The notes under the pieces are model-generated. The model was given only the letters and a program-made list of their open reading frames with translations, made no database searches and was not told the DNA's origin. Positions 22,985 to 33,695 of a stretch of 64,000 bases of DNA are shown here, piece after piece. Origin of the DNA: Psammoneis japonica (lineage: Eukaryota); NCBI GenBank assembly GCA_008632985.1, contig QPGO01000116.1, positions 62,001 to 126,000 on the forward strand. Direction: 5' to 3'. The translations under genes and the position numbers were made by a program. Each line of letters starts with the position of its first letter. The stretch's first letter is position 1.

Positions 22985-25900
22985 ATGAGAGGGGCACTGT
23001 TCGCGGCGGCGCTCTTATCGGTACCACTGGTGATGTTGTGGAATGTAAATTGGCGGATCGATCACGTATTGTACAAGCCAGACAAAGTCCTGGCGGTAGT
23101 TATCATGACAATGGCATACCCATTGAAGGACCGCAATATCGACACCACAAGAGCGGAGGATTTGAGAGAGATACAACGCCGACAGAACGACGAGTATCAA
23201 AGCAGGAAGAGGAAGAACCTGTACCAGTCAGCAGCAATAAGGCTGATGTCGAAATACAGCCAGAAAGTCCTGAGGCTTTTCGGCGACGATTATCGTCTCA
23301 GCTGACGGGATGTTGCTACACTTATCAGTCCTACAGTGCGTCGTATATGTGCAGCTTGTACGGACAGGACTGCGAGAGTGGAGAAACGCCTTCTCATGAC
23401 TCGGGCGACGATGAATGTGAGGTTGACGGCTTGTCTTTTATCGGCTTATCTTTTTCAGTCAATACAGCCAATGGGAACCCTTATTCTTATCAGCTCTGTG
23501 ATCAGTTTCCTATGGAAAACATTATCGATAGAGACTACTCCTATGTTATGAGTATGGATGAGGATGGATGGCTCGTGGGTGGAGGGTACAAGACCTTTGA
23601 TTACTCTGGAAAGATGCCATACATTGACTCGTCGCATACCGAAATCCTGAGAATCGGAAACATGGATCCGAATACTGGGTAAGCTGATACTTTTGTTTCT
23701 GAACATCGAATTCGTCTTCGAAGTGCTTTCAGTCATGTACACTCACACAAACCTTGTCCTGTTGTAGAGGTACTTCTATCGACCAGGTCTACAAGGCGAT
23801 GGAGTCCGTCTCCTTCCCCCCGATTGCTGTTTATCCAGAATACCTCAAGGGAGGCGGGGGGCATCACAGCGGTGACGACGATGGTGGAGGAGAGGTTCCG
23901 TCCTCAGATGTCACCCTTATTGTCTCTGTCGTGGAAGAGTACGAAGATAATGACTCGTACTCCACGTACGAAATGTTTTTGGATGATCTATTTCAAGCCT
24001 TTTACAACGTCGGAGGTGGAGCTTGTATGGACGACAAGGACACGGATCCTCACGTGTCCATGGCCCGTGGGGTAAAATTCTGGTCGTCCTACCATTCTCA
24101 GCAGTACATGTATGAAACAAACCTTGAGGTGGCGGTGTGGCAAGCCATGTATCCGGATGGAGTTGTGATTGGGTCGTCGGGATCTGCTGCTTTTCCTCCC
24201 GGTCGAGGCGGCAGCAAGCAGGACGTTGGGTATGGAAACTTTTACTTCTTCTTTGACAGGGCCAACATTACCAAGGCGTTCTCACCTTCACGATCCTTGA
24301 CGAGCAGTGAAGAATACTACTCCACGCTTGCTCAAAGTACGGACTTGTCGTCCTACTACTCTTCCACCACCAATGTTGGATTTGACTACAGCGGATCGGG
24401 TGACGGAGGCGACTTTGAGCACAACGCGTACAATTGGAATGCAGAAATGGCCTTTCACGACATGACTGATGGATGGAACTTACCGCCTAATTGTTTCATG
24501 GAAGGAGAAACCTTCTTTGGTATTCCTCTTTCTCGCAGTTCCGAGTCAAAGCTGCAAAGCACCAACACCTTTCAGGAACAGTTTGACTTTGAGTATCTAG
24601 TAGACCGGAACAACACGTACATCAGTTCGTTTGGAACCAACCATGGGTGGCTTGTTGGAGAGGAAGTTGGTAACGCTGTCGGATCCATTGTTGACAAGGA
24701 CACGGCTCACATTCCCTTGTTTTATATGGGAACCACTAATCCCAAAATGGTATGTCGTTCATTGACTCTTGCCTCCATATTGTGATTGTATCTCATGCTT
24801 TCTTTCTCTTCACGTATATCAGGGTGGTATGCAATTAGGTGACATGATCAAGGTTGCGAAATCCATCGACTTTGGAAAACTCTACATCAAACCTGCGTTT
24901 GTGTTTGTTGATAATCACGGTCACGTCAAACTTCAATTTGAGGCTGATGCCTCGTCTGCGCTTGGCTATTTGTACGACGCTCTGTGCAAAGAGCTGGGAA
25001 TTACGTGGAATAACCAGTCGCCTTCCAATTCCAATGGCCTTTACACTAATTGTGCCATGCACGCCGCCGGAGATCGCGCCAAATATGGATGCGGCCCCGA
25101 AAATGAAAATAGCGGAGGCTTTTGTCCCCAAATGACGATTGCATACGCACCCCGATTCATATCGGAAGAGTATGCTGCTGCGTACCTGGATCGGTGTAAC
25201 AACTATGTGGACACTTGGCGAGAGAAGTACCCCTCTGGCGTCGCGGTAGGAACCAGCGATTTTTGCCCCGATGGTGGCTGCTTGGGACTTTTTCTTAATC
25301 GTTATGACTTGTACACGGTGTTTAAACCCGATCTCGGAGGTTCTTGGGTCGAGTACAATGGTGCATCAATGCCACCCACGTACTCTCCCGCTCCAACATG
25401 GCAAGGTGGATGCGATGAACCCCACAATTTCCATTTGGACAAATGCTTTAGGAAGAGGTACAAGCCCAAAGCGTCGGCCGTCGCTTGGGACGCACTTGGT
25501 TCGGTTGGACAGTTTTCGGTGTTACTCGTCATGTTTATGGCACTAACGCTCGCCATTTCGGTGTTTGTGTCACGTGCAAGGAGGAAGAAGAGAAGAGGCG
25601 AGAGTTATCTCGGTTTCTTCTTCCGCGACCTGAACCGTAAGAAGAAGAGGAAGAACCGCAAGAAGATTGGTAATGTTGACTTGGAGGAGTCCATGCTTCC
25701 CGAGGTGTCCTCGCGGAGAAAGTCTTCGAGCGGACGTAGTAAAAGCCGGTCCTCTCGTTCCAGAAGCAAGAGTAGGTCGAGAAAAAAGAGGAGTAAGTCC
25801 AGAAGTCGCGCTGGTAGCCGATCTGGTCGGTCTAGGAAGTCAGCAGCGTCCGTGCGATCCGAAATGATACAAGGTGGAACTGACGATCCATCGGTATTCT

Positions 25901-25998
25901 CCGCCGGAGACTCGACAACACATGGTGTCTTCAATGTTCCTGAAATAACACCACAACCAGGTGGCGGCGATGACGAACCACGCCAACAATTGGTGTAA
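22985..25998 (+). CDS. Type I membrane protein with two homologous extracellular (2H-phosphoesterase-like) domains and a basic RS-rich tail
   Basis: Signal peptide MRGALFAAALLSVPLVMLW; frame change before ~23150; introns 23679-23767 and 24750-24822; TM FSVLLVMFMALTLAISVFV; RSKSRSR tail. Confidence 0.8.
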
Positions 25999-26140
25999 CG
26001 AAATTCTCCACGGCTACCCGTCATTCCTCACCATGTCATTGATCGTATCAGAAAGGAAGTGTTATATGTAATGCGCATTCAGTTTATGGAAGAACTATCT
26101 AGCATATCGTAGTCCATTTGTACAGTTTCGTCTATTCCTA

Positions 26141-27823
26141 CTACAGGTGCACATGCTCTCGCACATATTCGATAACTCCTAGCTTCTCTGCACCTTGTTC
26201 CACAATCAATGTTGCTGCAGCTTTCCACATGCTTGCCAACGGGATCTTTCCAAGTGGCACCATGGGATTCGTGAATATCGGCTTTTCCTCCTCGCCGTAT
26301 CGTTCCTTCCAAACCAAGATGGGTGCCAACACGAGAAACATTGTACTGACTCCAAAGGCACCACTGAAATCGAGGGCTTGTTGGAAAATGTCAGGATTGC
26401 CCAGAGCTACCAAGAGCGGAGGGAGCAATACAGCTCCGAAACCCGCGGGTTTCCATTCCTTGAAAATGGAACTCACGCTCGTTGGAAGACTCTCCGAGTA
26501 CTTCAATGTATCCAGAAGACTCCTTGTGACTTCAGTCATGCTCATGATGAGTACTAGCCCTGTGAATCCGGTTACAAAGGTGCCTAGCATTGGTCCGCCA
26601 ACGGTCTCAGAGGTACCCAAGGCAAGGGCATTCCAACAAACGTACAGGATGAATGGGAGTGCGGTTCCGCCGATAATGGCATTTGTAATCTTGGACCGAT
26701 CACCCTCCAGCTTAACGACAATGTTGGGAATCACGTTTTGGTGGGCCATGGATAAGAACAAGATGGGCAAGGCGCTCACAACCTGTTCCGGGTGTTGATT
26801 ACTAGGATCGAAGAGTGCTCCAAAATTAATGTCTCCAGCACTCATGGCCATAATTGAAAGGAATGTTGCAATTGATCCCGTCAACAGCACGTTGTTCGCT
26901 TTCTCCGCAGAAGCCTGATTAGAGACGTACAGTCCTAAACCACAAGTACCAGCAAACAGTAGCTGGCCAACCCCGGGAGCGGCAATGAGTGAGCCTAATC
27001 CCAGTTCATCTAGGCCCCCGATCAGCGTTTGACCACCTTTTGATATACAAGCCGCCATGACGGCAAAATTTAAAAAGAAGTAAGCAACAGTGCCAACTAT
27101 TCCCCAGGGTTCGTCAAGAGAGCCTTGAAACAGTTCAGACAAGCTACGCACGGGCCTGCCGGTAACTCCCATGCGATTGACCGACAGCTCTGCAATCAAA
27201 AGTCCGGACATTGCCATGTACCACCACGTCAAACCCAAGGCTGCAACCGATGGCATGAACCCACAAGAGGCCGACGCTGTAGGAATGGCTATTACACCTG
27301 CTCCGAGGGTAGACCCCGCCACGAGGGCCGCTGCTCCAAGAGTGGAAGAGCCTGTTGAGTACCTTGCAGCTACAACCTTGCCGTCCTTGCACTTTGTGTA
27401 CTCCAGCGAGCTGAACATGCGTGGGACCTCGCCGGACGCAAGCTCTGGGTAGGCAAGCCGTCCTTCATCTATTTTTCCAATCTTTTCGGTCATGGCATTG
27501 GCTAATGAATCTAATCTATTTTGTTTCGGGTCTTTGTGCTTCTGGGTTTCTTGCAATTTAGGTGTAGGAACAGCGTCCTCGTCTATGTCAGTCGTTATTG
27601 TGTCGTTTGCAAATGTTGAAAAACAGAGTATTGCTCGATTGCGTAATCTGATACTACCACCCGGTTGCTGTGTACGAGAATACATTGCTTGCCTTGTCGA
27701 AAATTGCGTATTAATATTCGTTGTGAATGCCGACACCCGATTGCCCGAGCCGATCAGCAACACGATGAGACCCGCCAAGACTGACATTGGAACCCAACCC
27801 TTTGTGCAAGACAGCGACGTCAT
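26141..27823 (-). CDS. Aromatic amino acid (Tyr/Trp) permease, TyrP-like, probably plastid-targeted
   Basis: GAAALVAGSTLGAGVIAIP, GLLIAEL and HQNVIPNIV motifs; signal peptide ending VSA-F followed by a transit-like region. Confidence 0.88.
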   Translation of the reverse strand: MTSLSCTKGWVPMSVLAGLIVLLIGSGNRVSAFTTNINTQFSTRQAMYSRTQQPGGSIRLRNRAILCFSTFANDTITTDIDEDAVPTPKLQETQKHKDPKQNRLDSLANAMTEKIGKIDEGRLAYPELASGEVPRMFSSLEYTKCKDGKVVAARYSTGSSTLGAAALVAGSTLGAGVIAIPTASASCGFMPSVAALGLTWWYMAMSGLLIAELSVNRMGVTGRPVRSLSELFQGSLDEPWGIVGTVAYFFLNFAVMAACISKGGQTLIGGLDELGLGSLIAAPGVGQLLFAGTCGLGLYVSNQASAEKANNVLLTGSIATFLSIMAMSAGDINFGALFDPSNQHPEQVVSALPILFLSMAHQNVIPNIVVKLEGDRSKITNAIIGGTALPFILYVCWNALALGTSETVGGPMLGTFVTGFTGLVLIMSMTEVTRSLLDTLKYSESLPTSVSSIFKEWKPAGFGAVLLPPLLVALGNPDIFQQALDFSGAFGVSTMFLVLAPILVWKERYGEEEKPIFTNPMVPLGKIPLASMWKAAATLIVEQGAEKLGVIEYVREHVHL

Positions 27824-28402
27824 TGAGAAATTCGAAAACAAATGGAAAGAAGTACAGCAGAGGTGGTGGTGAAGAGAATCTCCTAGAGCGAGAATTCCCC
27901 AGGTTGCATATGGAGATTCGCAAAGCTGCGTTTCTTCAGCAGTGTCAGAGCACCTCAACAAAACGGCCACCACCTTGCGACCACTTGGCGGGAAGTTCCG
28001 CCCCCGCAAATTGGCGGGAAAGTCCTCGTAGGAATGTAGTACAAATCTACCCAAAGAAAACTCTGGTACTCATCCCACGTTCAATCTGACTGAGTCACCA
28101 ATCGTCAGCCCAAGCTTTTCGTATTACTTAACGAAATGTGACGTGGCATTGACATTGAAAGGCAGTTCGAATTTTGGGTTGCCGCCGCGGCGGCAGCGAG
28201 GGTGGCATCATCTTTCTCACTCAGCACGATGAGCATGACATCTGGCAGTCACCAGCAGTTCTGCTCTGCTCTGCTTCCACTGTCGACTCCCGAGACGTGA
28301 CTCACATCCAACATTGCAGAGTCAGAGGAAGCAATCGACAAATCAGTCAACTCTCGTTGTAACACAAAACAAAGATATCCTCGGCTAACAACGAGCACAA
28401 CG

Positions 28403-30125
28403 ATGACGAAGAACAGGCTACCATCTGCAACGAAGAATCATCGCCGCAATCGAGCAACGGCTACAAAGATCGTATGTGGAGCCCTCGCAACAATGTGCGC
28501 CCTCGCCACTGTTGATGGGTTCTCAACGGGACACTCAAATCAGAGGATCCAAAGACAAGCTCCTTTGCACATGTCTTCTCTGACTTCCGACGCAATGGGG
28601 GTGGCGGCGAAACGAGAGCTAATGAATCAGTTTCGAAAGACACACGCAGCTCAACCTAGACAGAAATCTTCTTCCAGCAGACGACGAGAGGCAATGAAGT
28701 CAATGGTGAAACGAAATTTGAATGCTGAAAAAGAGACTACTGCTCCCAACCAAAATGTTCTTTTCTCGCAGGTTCGAGCTAAAAGTGTACCTGCCGCTAG
28801 ATCATTTGCTAGTCGACACGGAAAGACGACCAAGGTCTCTAAAGTCAATAGCGATATCCTCGAAGAATCATTCCTTCGATACGGGAACGAAGAGCTTCTT
28901 ACAGCTCAAGAAGAGTACTCGTTGGCCATTAAAGTGCAATTCGTGACCAAATGTGAAGAAGTGTACGCAGGGCTGTCAAATCAACTGTTGAGGCTACCAA
29001 CAATTCCGGAATGGGCCTTTGCTTGCGGGTGAGTTCGTCGCATCGCTATTTCCCATACATTGTATTTTTTTGTCATACAGATTCTTACCTCTATTTTCTA
29101 CCATTTTGTTCTACAGATTTCAAACACCTGCCTACAATGATGTTGATCCGGACATTGACCGAAAGATCCGGCCAATGTCGATTGATTCTACTGGAAGCAA
29201 GACAAAGAAGGGGGGCAAAGGCAAGCCTGTGCTTCGACTTGGAAACTTTTACGACGACAGCGTACAGCGTTTCCAAAAAAAGGAGGGCAAGAGCAAAAAG
29301 AAGCAGAAGCTTCACCCCATCAATCGCGGAAATCTTCATGACTTTTGTCAAATGATGCTTGACGGCAAGGTGGCGAAGCAGCGCCTTATTCAGTACAACA
29401 TGCGACTTGTGGCTAGTATCGCGAACAAGTACTGCAGGGAGGGTTTGAGCGCTCAAGATCTTGTACAGGAGGGAAGCCTGGGCCTCGCTACGGCTGCCGA
29501 AAAGTTCGACCCGTCCAAGGGATTCAGATTCTCCACTTATGCGTCGTGGTGGATTCAACAGGCTGTCTTTCAAGCCCTTGGCCGTGATTCTCGTACCATC
29601 CGACTGCCCATGTATGTACACAATTTTCTTATCAAAATGAGAAAGGTCCGGGCCATGTTGTATCAAGAGCTGGGTAGAGCGCCGACGCCCAAGGAGGTGG
29701 CAGATGAAATGGAAATGCCAGTTGCTAAATACAACCAACTCGTTCAGTTAACACAGCAACCCATCTCTTTGGAGGCCCCAAGGTACCAAAGCAATTCGAA
29801 GCAAGATGCTGCTTCGAAGGAAGTTACAATGGAGGAGACGTTGGCGATGGAAAGAAACGAAGACGAGTTGTCCGTGAACCTTGCACTCTTTCGGAAGGAT
29901 CTGAAGGATATCTTTGATGAAGCTCTCAACGACGATGAGAAGGACTTAATGAATGCGCGCTATGGATTGGAAAATGGAGGTTTGACACGAACTGTTCCAT
30001 CGCTGGTGAAGGATTTGAACAAGAGCCCATCAAAGATAAGATCACAGGAAGCCGGAGCTATGCGAAAGCTACGAAACGCGAAGTTTGAACAAAAGCTAAG
30101 AGAGCATCATGCGGCTCTTGCTTAG
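28403..30125 (+). CDS. Nuclear-encoded plastid RNA polymerase sigma-70 factor
   Basis: Region 2 NMRLVASIA, DLVQEGSLGL, EKFDPSKGFRFSTYASWWIQQAV, SRTIRLP; region 4 RYGL...AMRKLR; intron 29029-29116; signal-like N-terminus ending VDG-F. Confidence 0.95.
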
Positions 30126-30659
30126 AATACAGTTTACAGTATCACCAGAAGATCGCTATACGGTGGTAATAAAAAATGTCTATCAACAGCAACAGTGATA
30201 TAATGTCGAAAGTAGTTGGCAGGGTGCGCATCGACCAAAACCGCAGACATACGAAATGACATCGTGAGCATTGAATGAACTCTAGAAAACATGTTGTGTC
30301 AATCGCACAGCGCTCTAGATCCTTTACCCCTGTACACCCACTTCTAGTGGCGCTCCCGTGCCAAGTCATTCACTGATGTGCACTAATAACGAACCGTCAC
30401 ACGGGAAAAACCTCCTTCGCTCCCTAGTCGTAATCTTAGTTCAGTCCCAATGATCGCACATCATCAAGAAAAAAACTATCCCCTTGAGTGATGCTCTACG
30501 CAAAACGGGGTACACGAAGAAGACAGATGCATGTCACAAACATATTCTACGAGTTTCTTGGCTGGATCTATTCTGTTTCTTGATTCCGCCAAAAACCACC
30601 TAATTTCAGCCTGTCGGGAGCTGAGTTGTTGATCAACGTAAAGAACAGAATTCGCAGGC

Positions 30660-33480
30660 AAAGGGCCTTGCAGGCTCTGGGAGGGAGGTTCTGTCATCTT
30701 CAACCCCAGCAGGTCATCGAAGTCTTCTGCAGCAAGAGTGACTTTCATTGGGGCCACTGCCTCTTCCAATTTGAGTCCTGATGCTGTCTGCTGTGATGCT
30801 TGGTTTCCTCTTCATCAATGGAGAATCTGTGTGCAATGACAAGAAGGTGGCACACAATGAATGTGTGCCTGGAGCATTGTGCATGACAAGTTTGTTTTGT
30901 CCAAACATGCCCAAGTCTGTCCAAAGAGCTCAAGGTTCTCCCTGTGTCAAACAGCAGAACAAGCCGTTTGTTTTGGCAATGTTGTTTGTCATCTTCATTG
31001 ACCCACAGCAGAGCTCCACTTCTTTGGCAGTGCAATCCATGTGGTGAGCAACAACAGAGCCCTGCTTTCCATTTGCCAGATGTTTTTTTGCTTGATTTGC
31101 CATGTTAAAAATGCAACAAGCATTGTGCCATGAAGCTCGCTGTTGTTGTTGCTGGCTTTGCTGATGAAATCTCTTTGTTGACATTCCACAGAGACACACA
31201 TCATTTTGCTGTGATTGATGTTGCCAGAGAATGGCAAGACAACTTGACCAAAAATGGTGAGGTTCTCTCTGTGCCAACCCATTTTCCCTTTGACAGTTGC
31301 TTTTTGCTTGTGCCACATCCTTGTTGTTTCTCATTTTGTTGCATCTGAGGTGCTTGCTGTCCCCACATTACAATGAAGGAAGCAAAGACAGATGTTGCAC
31401 CCTGCCAGCATGCTCTGGACAATGTTCAAAGTGATGTGGAATGTTCTTGTTGCCAGAGAATGGCAAGACAACTTGACCAAAGATGGTGAGGTTCTCTCTG
31501 TGCCAACCCATTTTCCCTTTGACAGTTGTTTTTTGCTCATGTCACATCCTTGTTGTTTCTCATTTTGTTGCATCTGAGGTGCTTGCTGTCCCCACATTAC
31601 AATGAAGGAAGCAAAGACAAATGTTGCACCCTGCCAGCATGCTCTGGACAATGTTCAAAGTGATGGATTGCCAAGGTTGTTTTGTCCAAACATGCCCAAG
31701 TCTGTTCAAAGAGCTCAAGGTTCTCCCTGTGTCAAACAGCAGAACAAGCCATTTGTTTTGGCAATGTTGTTTGTCATCTTCATTGATCCACGACAGAGCT
31801 CCACTTCTTTGGCAGTGCAATCCATGCCATGAGCAACAGCAGTGCCCTGCTTTCCATTTGCCAGATGTCTTTTTGCTTGATTTGCCACATTAAAAGTGCA
31901 ACAAGCACTGCACCATGAAGCCTGCTGGCGTTCTTGTTGCTGCTGGCTTTGCTGATGAAATCTCTTTGTTGACATTCCACAGAGACACACATCATTTTGC
32001 TGTGATCAATGTCCTGACTTTGGTTTTCAAAAGCTTTCACTTGCCTTGTTCCGATGAGACAATGTCACTGGCTGTTGCGATTTGGCTCATTGTCACTCAC
32101 TGCATTGTCTTCAATGTCACGTGCTTCACTGCCACACAATCAACAAGCTTGCTGACAACATCAAGGGTCAAGTGCACCAAGAGAGTTGCCAAGCATGTGT
32201 GGTGAGGAGCAGTGCTTTGGTGTGTCTGTTGTTGAAAAAACTTTCCAGATTCAAACACCATGCAGACTTCTTGCACTCGAACTTTTTTGTTGACATGAAC
32301 ATTGGCCCTGGCTCTCAAGATTTGTGCCACAAGAAAAAAAAAACAAAATGGGTTGTCTGGCTCAGCTGACAACAGCCATGGGGAAGCATGCAATGAGCTT
32401 TTTGTTGTCTGAAGATGGTTGCATTGCTTGTAAAGAAGGATTGCTCAGGTTCAACAATGCTCAAAATGCCAGCAAGTTCTTGATCAAAGTGCCATGATTG
32501 TGCGCAAACCTGAGGCAGGCAGCGATGCAGCAAAAACTCTCATTGAAAAAGAAAACAGCCCATCCTTTTTTCCATTTTCATTTTGCCTGTGGGGGGCTGC
32601 TGTTTGTCAAAAGAGAAATGGTGGGTTGTCTTGTTTCACCCAGCACCAGCTTCAAAACCCCACTTGTGCTAGAGTCTGTGCCTTAGAGTGAAGCCAGCAC
32701 TGAATTCTCATTGATTGGCCAGACCTGGCCCAGGAAAAATGCTCACATTTTCAAGCCACTTTGCATCGCCAAATTGTTGCAGCTGCTCAGCAGGCGCACA
32801 CATCTCTCATTCATTGACCCTGTCTGAGAATGAGTTGGAAAGACACTTGGCTTGTGCCACTTTGAGTTCTAACACAAAATTCCTCTAGAGCACCACACTC
32901 CTGTTGGAGGGCACACCATGAGGTGGCAACTCTTGTCAGCTTTTGTTTGCTTCAGAGATTGCTTCATGAGCTTGCTTGTGATCCAGGTGGTGTGCACACA
33001 GCTCTGCTTTTGAGCTTGCTTGTTGCTCCAACATGTGGACATGGCACATCAGACAAAAAGTCAAGCAACCAACTTGCTGTTGTGCTCTCTGTGCTGTGCT
33101 TGCTTGGCGGACACTGGATCAGCGCATCATTTTTGCAGCCTGCTGGATTGAAGAAGTGTGCGCAGCAGCACAACCTCGCCATGATCACAGTGGGGACATG
33201 TGATCATGCACCAAGAATGCTTGGGCATTTGGAGTTGATCTGGCATCATTTGGCATGGTGAGCTCAAAAGGTGCTGGCACCTTTTGCACAGATGACTCCC
33301 CTGCACAAGTGTGGCACCAGGGATGCTGTGCAGCTTGATTTTCCAACTCTCTGTCAGCAACAGCCCGCTCTTCACTTTGTTGTGTGTGTTGATGAGCAGC
33401 TCTGGCTAGAGCAAGCTTTGTCACTCTTTACTCCATGTGCTGAAACCAGAATTCAAGCGGCAGCTGTGGCTCTGTCCACG
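30660..33480. other. TpA- and CpG-depleted hypermutated domain 2
   Basis: Same composition as domain 1; returns to normal TpA content just upstream of the NOC1 gene. Confidence 0.9.
30890..32005 (+). repeat. A-B-B-A direct repeat arrangement
   Basis: A 30890-31214 ~ A' 31678-32005; B 31219-31436 ~ B' 31448-31665 (period 229, nearly identical). Confidence 0.9.
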
Positions 33481-33695
33481 TGGCAGCTATTTACAAACCC
33501 AAAACAGAGGAGAGGGGGGAGGAGGAGGGAGGAGTCGTCGTCGTTGTTGCAGGGATCAGGGATGCTTCGTTCGTGAAAGGTTATGAGTTGAATGTACACC
33601 ACCACAAAACAAGAAACAAGAAACTTCGATCCGATGTCGCGATCATCATCCTGATCCCCAGCAGAACACTCAACAACACACACAACAAAACAGCA

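Noticed and set aside
28403..30125. Bacterial contamination or recent HGT of a sigma factor
   Set aside because: It has a spliceosomal intron and a targeting-type N-terminus; nuclear-encoded plastid sigma factors are expected in algae
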